Source: Ascidiella aspersa
Taxonomy: Eukaryota
Assembly (NCBI GenBank): GCA_963924565.1
Contig: OZ004613.1
Span: 4,588,001 to 4,652,000, forward strand
DNA: 64,000 nucleotides
Direction: 5' to 3'
Under the pieces are notes generated by a model. The model ran no database searches. It was not told where the DNA came from and worked only from the letters and a program-made list of their open reading frames with translations. This document shows positions 24,201-35,210 of the stretch, in pieces. Numbering within the stretch: the first letter of the stretch is position 1; every line of letters starts with the position of its first letter. The translations under genes were made by a program, and so were the position numbers.

Positions 24201-27200
24201 AAACGCTGCATCGAGTTTTCCAATCAACGTGGACATTCCACTCTCTGCGTGTAGTTCCTCGCGCGTTAATTGCGAAACAGCCTTTTCCGCTTTCGAGTTG
24301 CCCTCTAGGCTCTCCAGTAGAACAATAATTGCTTGTTCTTTCTTGACGACGCCCGTGACAAGCTGCCACATTTGTACCTTGTTTTTCCATGCAGAATAAG
24401 GCAAGTCGTCTTTAAACTTTGGTGGAGATCTCTTTGCACTTGTTGCCATCTTGTGTGTTTACAGCTGGTTTCCTGTAACCATCCTCTGCTACCATGAAAA
24501 CTAATGGATCCGATCCGATACTGAAGTCTTTATCAGTGTACACGTACAGGAATTTATTAAAACACGTAAAGGCTTAAACAAGTGGATTCCTTAATTCGAA
24601 TGAATCCAATACAAAACAATGTTTTAAACAGAAACAGAATCAGTAAGTTAAACATCATTGCCAAACACTTACAAGTAACTAACAACACGAGCTCCTACCG
24701 CGACAAGGTAGTAACACCAACTGCCGTAAGGACAACTACAATGTCAAGGCACCATGTGCTCAGTGACCTTTGACCGCAAGTCATAGAATGATCACACAAT
24801 TAAATAGGTCATAAAGTACTTACATAAAAATGCGGTTTAGCAAGCTCACTGTTAATCTTAACACTGACAATATTTAAAAATTCAAGTATATGTTTGTTTT
24901 TGTGTCAATTTAATTTTGAAAATTGATATTGTTGTTTTCTTTAGGCCTTACCCTTTTAATACATTTCAGTAACAGCTAAGGGGGTTTGAGTTATATTTAA
25001 AGACTTCTTTTTTTATAAATTGTCTTACTATGATTGATTAAAAGCATTGTATTTTGCCCCATGGCCATTTGTGGTCTCTTATGCTTTCAAAAGACATTAG
25101 TTTTGTTTAAATCTGTTTATTTTCAAATTTCGTCGGTGTCATAGTAACATGGTATTTAAGCTTACAACGGTTATCTAAATTTTAGCTATATTTTGCAGTA
25201 TATGGGTTAAAGGTTTTAGACATATTATGTTGTCAAAGTTCATGTAAAACTTTAAAATGCCCACTTCTCTAATTCTGTATGGGCTTTTATATTAGTTTGT
25301 CAAAATGGTAACAATGGCATAATAATTGATTTATTTTAGTTTGTAACGGGGTGACTTGGTAAAAGTAAGAGCCACAACCTATACATTTGCCCTAAATAAA
25401 TGTCACCCCATTCTATACATATACCTTTGCTCAGCTAGGTTCCTTCCAGCAGTTTAACAGCTACGTAATTGGTTAGGCTATTTTCGAGTCACTAGTTATT
25501 TACACTAGAAGATTTGCTAAATAAATGCAATCACTCTGCTGAAGCTCCTAAAATCTATTTACTTATACGATCATCAATGATAGGTTATGAGTTTAATCCG
25601 CAATATTAACAACTTATACCAGAGGTCAGCAACTCGATCCCCACTTAAAATTATTGAGCGTGTTGCCTATTTTACCAACTGGTCCATGAGGCTATTACCC
25701 ACATTTTTGTATAGGTAACTATTAACAATACTTCCATTGTAACTTAGTATGTTAGAATTTTTTTCATTGCAATTCGCACAAATTCGTTTCGTGTTTAAAC
25801 ATGAACATAACATAGAGAGTTTAACGGCCCGCAAATTACCCCAGAAACTATTGATTATAGTGAAAAATTATCGTGTTTAAGTTTTTTATTACACCATTTT
25901 AATAAGAGTATTGATAAAGCCTTATAGACTTCAAGTTAAAACAAATAAATACAATTATTTTTGGGATTTAAAACACTTTCTAAGTGAATGTCATTAAACC
26001 TATTTTCCATTACAAACAAAACTCTATGTCCGCCTCTCATTAACTGTTGGTAGGATTAAAAGCCCGAAAACTACACGTTTTAACTACAACATTGCCAATT
26101 CAAATGTTTTACGGCCCACCAAAAGGTTCTGAGTTTTGGTTTTTCCTGCGTCTAGGAAAATATTGCGACTAAAAACATTATTGGAACGCTTGAGGATGTT
26201 TTAAAGAGAACCTTAACTGTCGTTGCAAAAAAATAAGTTTATCAGCGCATTTCTTTCGAAAACGAAATGAACACACCCAGTCTGTGCTTAATGAAAGGCG
26301 TCTAGAAATGTAAGGATATTATATAATAAGATCACCCGAATAAAATATCAACCGACAAAATCGCTTTTCTAGTGTAAACGAACTTATATATTGACGTTCA
26401 GCACACCGCCGATCTTAAACAGCTGTGGGCTGGTTATTTCTGGCCTATGCATAACCACAATACAACAATACACGTATGATATTTTCACCCAGGAATTGAA
26501 GGACATTTATTCCCCCCTTGGTGACCCTGCTGTACTTGAGATACGACTTGGTTCAAATATGCCCACCCCCACCGTACATTGGTATCACAACAACAGGCCC
26601 GCCAGGGAATCAAAGGACAAAGACATACGCTTCTTAAGCAACGGTAAGTCGTGTTTTATACTTGCTGCTTGAACGCTTTCTAACAAATTGTCGTTGTTCA
26701 GTTGTTATCAATGTTCGTCTTTTTTTAGTAGTAGATGTTTTTATTTTAGGGCACAATTTAAAACTTACACCATAAATTCCTTAGTTTAACTGGAATACCT
26801 TTTAAACCACTGCCGTTTTGACTTAGTTTATTTTTCACACATATAACTTGTTCAACAATAAATAATTGTCGGAAGAACCCTCTTTATAATAATAGATAAT
26901 TGTCGGAAGAACCCTCTTTATAATTAATATAATGCCTGGCAGCAACACTATATTCATATAACTTTTATTATTTTTTTTTAAGTTACAAAGCAACTTAAAC
27001 GTTTCCTAAACTTTCAATTCTCTATTAAAAAAACATTACACCGACTTCTTGAATTTTAATTTTGAAGATGTCATATTAACCAATCAAACTAGAATTAATT
27101 TAGAAGAGTTCATTAAATTCCCAATAAGATGCACACAAAAGTGGACCTCTGAAATTGTCCGACATAAACATTAATACAAAACCTTCTATCAAATCCAAAA

Positions 27201-30200
27201 AAATGTGTTATACTAAAAATCCCTTCTAAAAAGGTGTTACTCTAAATCGTATAACACCATGTTAATTTCATGGAACTTTCAGGTCCCGTCCACACAGTTG
27301 TGCTTGGTGAGCTTTCCAATGAGCTACTGGGAACTTACACCTGCACCATTATGAACAAGTATGGGTCAAAATCTTGCAGATGCAAAGTTGCCATCAAGAA
27401 TGACGGCGAACATGTAAGAAGCCAGTTTTTTTATTTTATTATATTCTGTAATGTGGGATGTATTGTTCCCTTGTACTTAAAATCATATTTATTACCGTGA
27501 CTTTGTAGTTTTATAATAAAAGAGTTAACTTATTTTCAATTTTGTAAATTGTTAATATCATGCCCGAATTATAGTTGTTATATTTCTCCGCAATTTTTTT
27601 TCAATAATATTTATAAACATAAAAATTTACGAAAATTTGAAGCAGCATTTCGCATTTAGCCGTTTTTTTATTAGTAAGGACATCGATGGGCTTTGCTTGT
27701 ATACCGGTACAATTTTAACCCTTACCCTCTTCCTATTAAATTTCTGAACAATGCAAATATCCATTCTGAAATTTTGAAAAGCATTTTTAGCGCTTTCTTA
27801 TCAGCAAAAACTTTTAGTTCTACAGTTTTCGTGTTTTCGAATATCAAAATTAAAACCGGATTTTATGCCCCTATTTTTTTTCTCTTTGCTTTTGGTTTTA
27901 TGAATTAAATGACCAAAGTTCTTTTTCAAATAAAATGACCCCCTATTTTTGTTTTGACTCCCGATTTTTGTTTTTTCTACTCCCGATTTTCCTTTTTCAA
28001 ACACCCCTATATTTTCTTTTTTGTGACCCCCTAATTTTTCTGGCAGCAACCGAAGCCCACCCCCAGCTATGCGCCCCCTGGTGTCAAGGATGCAAAGAAA
28101 GTGATCCCAAGCACTTCGTTGGGTCTCTACTCCGCCCAGAACGCCCAGCAGTCATACCAAGGACAAATTAAGTCGAATTCATCGAGGTTTGTGCGAAGTT
28201 TGAGTCTGTGAAACAAAATAAGGATTTGTTAGTCCATTTCTAGAAAGGCAGTTGTTGTGCTCTTGACATTTTATCATGTTACCGATACCCTATGATTTAG
28301 AATTTAGACAGTAAGGAAAAAAACAAGAAATTGAAACGTTCAAAAAGTATTTTTAGGTTAGTGGGCCAAATTTTACTTTATACATCAGAAGTTTGGTTAC
28401 TTCCAGTTGTTGAGATGTGTTAAATAGATGCAATCACTTCTAAATATATTAACTTGATTCTACCATAAATGATAGGTTATAAGTCGGATCCGGCAAATAT
28501 TGACAACTTAACCCAGGGGTCGGCAAACTCTGCATCTCTTCCAAACTGGGTCATGAGGCTATTCCCCACGTTAGTTACTTCCTGTTGTTAACTTAAAAAT
28601 TTACCCTTTAAGGGTATAATCCCTGCATTGGATCGCCAAATATGTCTGACATTTGTGTGTTAAACTGGTATCAGATGGACGCCCATACGACTCTAGTATC
28701 AGACGTGTACCGATACTACTACTTCGCATCGAGTGTCGTCACCGATCCGATATTATCGGCATCCCTATTACTAGTTGCACAGCAAACGTTTCACAGCTTA
28801 TTTCGGCCGTACAACATTTTTTAATAATTGGGTCGCCGCCCAAAACGGTTGAAAAACACTGATCTATTTCACCTTTAGGAATGCATAAAAACGCTTTTTA
28901 AAGTTAGTAGTAGTTTTGTTAGTTTGCCGGAGAATGTGGGTTCAATAAACGATAGAAAAACACAGTCTCATATAGATTTGTCACCTAACCACCAACTCAC
29001 ACATAACATTAAACTCAATAATTATGTTTGCAAGTTTCACAACTGATCTCCGCAAAGAACAAAAACGAAGTGAAAGGCTTTTTCATATTTGATTTGTGAT
29101 GCTAAACCCGAAATAATCGTGTGGCCATATCTTGATTCAAATTTAGTTTGCTGAAAATCAAACTGTATTTAAAAAGTATTTTTGACTTCTGCTTTTGATA
29201 CATAAATACTTTTGTTTATGTATTGCTTGGCAGAAATCACTTTTAACGCTGTACATTGTGTAACCGTGGCGTGTTCTGAAAACGGTTATGTTGGTTATAT
29301 TACAATGACTCATTCCCCGAATTTAGCAACGCTTGTATATACTTCCAGTAACACAGGAAGTAGTTTTACACCCACGTATTATCTCACAAAGTACAACAAA
29401 GCGTTGCCTTACATGGAAACAACCCTCAAATAAATTATTCCTGTAAATAACATTAACACCATTTTACTTTTCAATAGTATGCAAAGAATTAAGTAAACAT
29501 GGCGTTTGTTGTAAAACACACAATACTTGAAGTCAATGTATTAATTGGGTTTCTTTTTAATTGCAAGTATCTAATCTTATCTTAAGGTTTCCATTTGAAA
29601 TAAGATACTTAAATGCTCGCAAAGAATGAAACATATTTACCGTATACCTTCTAAACCAGTGGTTCTCAACCTTCGTGGCCAATTTCGTTGTACAAAAATT
29701 CTGTGGCCCAAAAAATTTTTATGAAAGAACAAACTATAAAAAGGTTTAGAACAAAATATAGCGAAGCGTATAACAATAAATTTACATTCCTACTCAATTC
29801 CTCCCCAAGCCATTATTCCTGTAAAATTAGGTATAGTGACAAATGAAACTAAATTCTTTAATAAATCCAGCTTTTTTTTAATTGGTCTGTGGCCCATCTA
29901 AAAAGTTTCCATGGCCCACCAATGAGCCATGGCCTACTGGTTGATAACCGCTGTTCTAAGCAAAGTGATCTACAGTTCCAAGCCTTGTACTTATAGTTTA
30001 ATATATTTGACGTGCAACCAGAAAAAATGTTTTTTTTACCATTTTTCTTTTATTAAAACAAAAAATATTTTTGCCCATCCAAATTACACGAAAAGCCGTT
30101 TTAAAAACTTCAGGCACATTATTTTATTCAAAAGAAAAAATATTTAAAACTGTTCGAAATGCAATTTTCAGCATATTTCCGTCAGGCTGAACGCTAATAT

Positions 30201-30956
30201 TTCTTAATACAAATTTCGCAACTCTGTGTTGGAACGCATCTCGGATCCATGTTTTACCGACAATAAAATTTAAAGTTAAAAAACCCGATTCAAAACAGTA
30301 TCAGACATTTTTTATAGGAATATATATTTCACCCATACTGGCATCGTCAGTTCCTTTATTCGAATATTCCTCAAAAAATGTTTCTTTCTGGTTTTACTCT
30401 AGTTTTTGAAGTTTAAGTTTTATTGTTATTATACGCGCCAGCGGAACAGTGATCGACAAGCAGAAACTTGCTGCCAACGGTTTTGGATTCGCTTTTTTGT
30501 AAGCGAAAAAATAATAAGAAAATCCTGGAAATATGTTCAAATATGTTTATGTGATCACAGAAAATCTACTTTCTTACCAAAGCCTATGCAGAAATAGGTA
30601 GCATTTTGAACGTGTTGAAAAAAATGTATTCGAAACGTTCACAAAATGCTACCTACTTCTGTATGAGCTTTGATATTCATTCTACGTCTAACTACAACCT
30701 CCAGCTATTATCTTAGGATTTATTCGAAATGTTCACGAAATACTACCATCCTCTGTATGGGCTTTGATATTCTTATCACAGCTGAAATATAGTTTATATG
30801 TGCATACATGTTTTACCGACAAATAGGGAAGACAGTGGAGAAGAGTCGGAAGTTCTTAAAGCTCTCCGCGAAGAAAGTCCGCACAAGAGCTATCCGCAAA
30901 CTCGATCCATGAAGTACCTGGAGGAAAGTCTTCTTCCGGAGAGCGACGATCTTTGA
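15203..30956 (+). CDS. ALP/Enigma (ZASP/PDLIM-like) protein, PDZ + Ig I-set + ZM + AM motifs, no LIM, 423 aa; exons 15203-15295, 15818-15966, 17498-17566, 18993-19117, 19489-19633, 21859-21997, 26493-26643, 27283-27413, 28047-28186, 30827-30956
   Basis: Ten GT-AG exons join into one 1272-nt frame ending in TGA. The N-terminal PDZ (GGSPWGFKMKGGKDFHQPLAVAK|VTAGGKA...HHEAQNKIK) has the PWGF and HxEAQNKIK signatures of PDLIM/ZASP. Ig I-set: PTFAK|ELKD...PTPTVHWY...GTYTCTIMNKYG. ZM-like: SLGLYSAQNAQQSYQGQ. AM-like: SEVLKALREE...PQTRSMKYLEE. Confidence 0.88.
16974..16983. promoter_or_regulatory. Consensus CArG box (SRF site) in intron 2 of the PDZ gene
   Basis: CCTTATATGG fits CC(A/T)6GG; lies in non-repetitive sequence with a CAGCTG E-box near 17237. 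Confidence 0.45.
22306..22674 (-). repeat. 3' LTR (369 bp)
   Basis: Direct repeat of 24495-24863; contains a minus-strand AATAAA. Confidence 0.95.
22860..24449 (-). CDS. gag: Gag-protease polyprotein (529 aa) of the LTR element
   Basis: Copia-type Gag N-terminus (PPKF...YSAWKNKVQMW), CCHC knuckle CVICDSKMHWAAKC (23789-23748), and aspartic protease AVIDAACSKTVCG...FKFGDG...LPLLLSR. A ~135-aa non-canonical tail follows. Confidence 0.9.
   Translation of the reverse strand: MATSAKRSPPKFKDDLPYSAWKNKVQMWQLVTGVVKKEQAIIVLLESLEGNSKAEKAVSQLTREELHAESGMSTLIGKLDAAFKTESVDDAYSTYTKFTRFDKSTDMTMIDYILEFEHLSHKMTFHEMELPDTILSFKLLDGANLTSKERQLALTFASDLRFESMKSALKRIFTESPISDKLSQYIDVKEESYVASNPIHRKGFDKRKFNPIDKFGKISRCVICDSKMHWAAKCPHKSCNTSTNDVSDGEVNIVLFSSVTNSCVAETYKSAVIDAACSKTVCGERWLRNYLFNLHSKYKRDVKITPSRTVFKFGDGKKVISKSQALIPACVGGKLCSIDVSVVKNDLPLLLSRSSLQKAGAVLDLARGRATMFNKDVELFLSSSGHYCVGVIPRRHNPGDNHFHGRKKWKSPGNLARSSCPVRVVPKVSERSKEHTKRVVRVISKITDAAQYEDCGECPHLSNDERNRYYFNACKECKKVKGNISNGWMLRPDDISTVVVERQMSSSTYHRVLTLRPVNLRLIGCCDGI
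24477..24494 (-). promoter_or_regulatory. Primer binding site for initiator tRNA-Met
   Basis: Minus strand TGGTAGCAGAGGATGGTT directly after the 5' LTR; 18-nt complement of the metazoan tRNA-iMet 3' end AACCATCCTCTGCTACCA. Confidence 0.92.
24495..24863 (-). repeat. 5' LTR (369 bp)
   Basis: Direct repeat of 22306-22674 with TG...CA ends; abuts the PBS. Confidence 0.95.
29657..29953. mobile_element. hAT-type MITE
   Basis: TIRs CAGTGGTTCTCAACC / GGTTGATAACCGCTG; TSD TTCTAAAC/TTCTAAGC. Confidence 0.8.
30316..30355 (-). ncRNA. Minimal Type I hammerhead ribozyme
   Basis: Minus strand AGGAA CUGACGA U GCC aguaug GGU GAAA uaua UA UUCCU: intact core; stem I AGGAA/UUCCU. Confidence 0.75.
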
Positions 30957-33538
30957 AACTTGGAAGCTTGTTGTCCGAAAGGAACCAACATCGCCGCGAA
31001 AATATCAGCATGCGTTAATTACGCGCTGCGCCTAACGGGAGATTTGCTTTTTGTTTCTGTGAAACTTCCATGTAAATATGTAGAGTGTAGCTATTCCCCA
31101 ATTCTGCACACTTGTTTTTACTGTAAATTTACCGCGTTTTGTGACCAAATTTTACTTTTTAAAATGACAGTATATTTTACTCCTTTAAATTTTAAAAATT
31201 AGGATTTTATCAATTTTAATAATTTTTCGTTATATTTTCACTGATTTAAGTGATTTAATTTCTATTTTTCGATGATTTTTTGGTCCCCAGCACTTTGTTT
31301 GACTTCTGTACATTGCCGTTAGTTTTTATAACCCCGCTTGTTTCTGTACATAATGAAATAATGTGTACATAGTGACGTAATCTGTACATTATGACGTAAT
31401 CTGCTGCAGTTGGGGCCTTGTCGTCATGACAACGCCCCCGCTAGATCACAACACAAACATCCTAGACAGTTTCTGTAAACAATAGTATTATTGTTTCTAT
31501 GTAAACTTTTTTATTCTCGACTATAGTTTGTTTCTTCCTATATATGCGTGTTGTTTATCGAAATGTCCGATACTTTAAATTTTGTTCCCATACCGATACC
31601 CGATATTATCGTATCGCCGTTTTATCCGATTTGCGAAAGAAAGCTGAAATTAGTGAAATACCTGGACTTGAAGCATGTAAAGTTCGAAAAAAATGGTTTA
31701 ACTGTATTTTTTTCGCAAATTTAAATTCGTTTTTAAAATTATATTTGTTACAAAAATAGCTTTGGCTAAAAAATGCGTTATTGGATCGCTAAACGCTTTT
31801 ACGAACAAGTATCGGGTATCGGCTTCGATCTGATAATATCGGACAAATCTGTTAATGTTCTACATACGAAAATATTTCTGCTTTTTCCCAAAAACGTCCC
31901 ACGCAACGACGACAAGGCTAAAAAGATGAATGATTTGAAAACGGAAAAGTTTAAAGCTTGGTTGCTGTTACTTTACTAACATTTCTGTTGAACTTTTTGA
32001 TATTTTTCAAAAAGTTAAATTTAGTTTTTTCTACCAAGTTGTTTAATTACGAGCAACTGGAATATTAGCAACTATAGATTATGGTATTATGTCTCTCTAA
32101 TTCAAAATCTTTTCTTTCTAATTTAGAAATGTTATGTATTATTAATTTGGAATCCCGAAATTATAATGTGCAAGTTATCTTACTTTTAGTTATGTTCTTA
32201 TTAATTTGCTTCAGCTAAAAATGCCCCGGTTAGTTAAGAATCGCAGCTACTTCATTTGTGTTATCCCAAATGTGTTAACGAACCATTTAAACTGCCTTCC
32301 CTCTAATTTCAGTGTTAAGCTCGCCAAAGTCACATTCCCAATCACATATTCACGTTTATCTCACAAACCCACTTCACTCTCTGAATCTCTAAGTTCAATT
32401 TATCTCCGTGCAAAACCCGCTTGCCAAACACTTTTCATTCCATCAACGCACATTCTTCCTAACGCGTAAATTCTAATTAACGTCAATTTATTTTTTTCGT
32501 AACAGTGGCCACCAAACACTTTTTTATAAATGACTGGATAACTGTGATAACTGGCCATTGTAGTAATTACGATCGCGGGCCGGTAAAAATTGTTTCGAAC
32601 TTTATTAACAACTTAATTATCGTTATGCGAAACAAATATAAAAAGTACATGCATTAAAACTAAATTATTAGCTTTAATAAATTGTCATTCAGCCTAAAAT
32701 TACATAAAATTTAATTTTGAATTGCATTCGACAACATTCAAAGTGTAGTTTATCTTTATGTTGCACTGAATATGTGAAAAATAGAAATCACCTTGACCCT
32801 TGCAAAATAAATGTCGACCTTAATTCCTGATCAGTAACAGCAAAATAATCTAGCAAAGCTAGAAATTCAGGTCCGACACATTCTGTTAGTTTATCTTTAT
32901 TAAGGAAATGGGCCGCGGGACAGATTAATTGACCCGCGGCCGTTGTTTGGTGATCCCTGTTGTATGGTAACCTATTCAAAAATTGTTGGTTGTTTTATTG
33001 AAACAGCATTTCTTTCAGCCAAATTTCCAATATATTTTTTTTGCATTTTCAGATAGAACGTAAATATTCCAGTTATTTGGGGCAAAAACACTCAATAACA
33101 TAGTCCCCTTCACAGGGAGAGTGCAATTCTGTTTTCTGTTTCAGTTTTTTTTTGTTGCATCATATTCCAAGTAGTCTAAACATAAATCTATTAAATCGTA
33201 CGATTATGTAAAAAAATCTGAAAAAACAACGTAATATTTCCATTTTTAAAACAAACACTTTTTCGAAAATTTTACATTTATTTCTTTTTTTCCATGTTTT
33301 AAAGTTGTTTTTCGTTTCAATTTTAGCGAAATAATGATTAGCTCGATTATGACAAAGTGCCTTACTTGTTTTATCGTTCAAGTTTCTGCGTTATCTTATG
33401 CTTATCATGTAACCAGTTGTACATAACAGTTTCATATGCACTATTTCCAATAGCTCTCAAGTGTATAATATATATAGACTCGTTGGAAAATTGACTGTGC
33501 TGTTTTCGCAATTTAAATGTTATAATTGTGTGTAATCT

Positions 33539-33695
33539 TGATAATGAATTGCAAAGCCAAAATGTTCCACATTAATTGAAGATGATACGAGTTCGTATCG
33601 AAACGTCTTAATCAAGATGCTGTCGATCTACTCGACCTTTTTGGCTTTGCAATTCATTATCAAGCTACATTACAGATCCGTGCATAGTCTACCCA
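33539..33695 (+). mobile_element. Short Penelope-like retroposon with hammerhead and 5'-inverted arm
   Basis: 12-bp TSD TGTGTGTAATCT (33527-33538, 33696-33707). Inverted arm about 33537-33562 pairs with 33639-33664. Relatives at 7384-7464, 12836-12926, 22012-22262, 36631-36810, 47845-48003 and short pieces near 39375 and 55420. Confidence 0.75.
33571..33612 (+). ncRNA. Near-intact minimal hammerhead (core UUGAAGA)
   Basis: AUUAA UUGAAGA U GAUACG aguu CGUAUC GAAAC GUC UUAAU; stems I and II fully paired; C3 changed to U. Confidence 0.65.
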
Positions 33696-34699
33696 TGTGT
33701 GTAATCTGTTTTGCAAGCTAATTTAGCCCTTTTTCCCCGACCCCTTAACCCTGTTCTGACTGTAACCCTGACAACGATTTTGTGAAGCACAACTCACATT
33801 TAGTCGAAAAACAAACTTGTGTAAATTTAAAGTAAAAAAACAAACAAAAAACAACCGCTAGTCAGCGCTAGTAAGCAGCTGCCGTTGGCTTAAAACCTTT
33901 TTACTAAAAAAGCCCTTTAATCAGATTTCATAGCGCTGTATAAACGCGTGCACACAATGCTAATTATTCCGTCCGCGTCTGCATGTCATCTTTGCATGTT
34001 TTGTCCAAGTATAGCCGCTAAAAGGGCCCGACGACTTGAAATGATTAGGTGATGTTACGGCAAGAATACCAATCTCTGCATTCAAAACTATGAGCTATAG
34101 CCACCTTAAGTGTGATCTACGGTAAACCCACATAATTGCCTTTACCGTTTGCAGCGAAAATAGACATGCAAGCGAGTCTGTTTGTTTAATTGGTGAATTT
34201 TCGTATTGCCGTTGTTTTTTAACAACTTACCCCTTTTCAAGTTTTAAAATTTTATTTTCAAGTTTTCGAAATTTCGTTTTCAAGTTTTCTAAAAGATGCA
34301 TGTACTGTCCAAAAACCTAAACACCATGTTCCTTATACGAGTCTTGCAACCTTTGTTTATTGCCAGTCTATTTTCGTCGCTGTGTTTTTCAGTTAAGCAC
34401 GAACCCAGCATCAAATCTAACCTGTTTAACTCTTGCACTCCCGCAACATATTAGCCTGTATACAGCATCGAAAAGTTGATCGTTTTGTAACTTTTTGCTG
34501 TACACATCGAACGTAAGCGTTGTAACTGCCGCATATTGTTCACTTCAGTAGTGATTGCATACCGTCGCCTTTGCTTATATCCTTATGCCAATAAAGCATT
34601 TATTCCCTCCTTTCTGTAGTTTGACGTCATGTGTTGCCAAAGGAGTAGCCAAACTGTGTCTCGTTGAGATTGTATACATGCGTTTTGAACTACGGATAT

Positions 34700-35210
34700 C
34701 AGTGTTGTAAACAAGTCATTTTGAAATAACTTGAGTCCCAGTCAAGTCATTTGAAAAATAACTTAAGTCCAAGTCAAGTCTTTTGCAAAAATAACAAGTC
34801 AAGTCCCAGTCCAAGTCATCGGTTGCGCAAGTTAAGTCCCAGTCAAGTCATAATTAGAACAAGTCAATTTCAAGTCATGTCATTGACATAAAAGTAAATT
34901 GTTAAACTATTGAAATTGGTAAAATTGTCCGATTATAAGCAACATTTTAACTAAAAAACTAACACAAACGCAATATACAGCACTTAAAGTGTTTAATGTG
35001 CAAAACTTAAAATAAATTTTAATGAAAAACACTTAATTTAATCCCAAGTTATTTGACATAATGACTTAAGTCCAAGTCAAGTCATTTGTCCAAAAGACTT
35101 AATCAAGTCAAGTCATTTTGGTCAAAAGACTTAAGTCAAGTCAAGTCGTTTGAAAACAGTGACTTAAGTGCACTTAAGTCAAGTCAATGACTTAAGTCAT
35201 TACAACACTG
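34700..35210. mobile_element. hAT-type MITE with many subterminal AAGTC repeats
   Basis: TIRs CAGTGTTGTAA / TTACAACACTG; perfect TSD ACGGATAT. Partial relatives at about 5510-5638 and 40707-40830. Confidence 0.9.

Larger units (their letters stand above)
22306..24863 (-). mobile_element. Non-autonomous Ty1/Copia (GalEa-like) LTR retrotransposon, 2558 bp, antisense in intron 6 of the PDZ gene
   Basis: Two 369-bp TG...CA LTRs with no difference seen on reading. 5-bp TSD CTGAC (22301-22305, 24864-24868). tRNA-iMet PBS. Single Gag-protease ORF; no RT, RNase H or integrase core. Confidence 0.95.

Noticed and set aside
24477-24494. tRNA-Met-like sequence
   Set aside because: Only the 3' 18 nt including CCA are present; it is the PBS, not a tRNA gene.
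26862-26924. Short tandem duplication ATAATTGTCGGAAGAACCCTCTTTATAAT
   Set aside because: Two-copy intronic slippage duplication with no evident function.
34700-35210. CRISPR-like appearance of AAGTC arrays
   Set aside because: Irregular short motifs without unique spacers, enclosed by TIRs and an 8-bp TSD, in a eukaryotic context.
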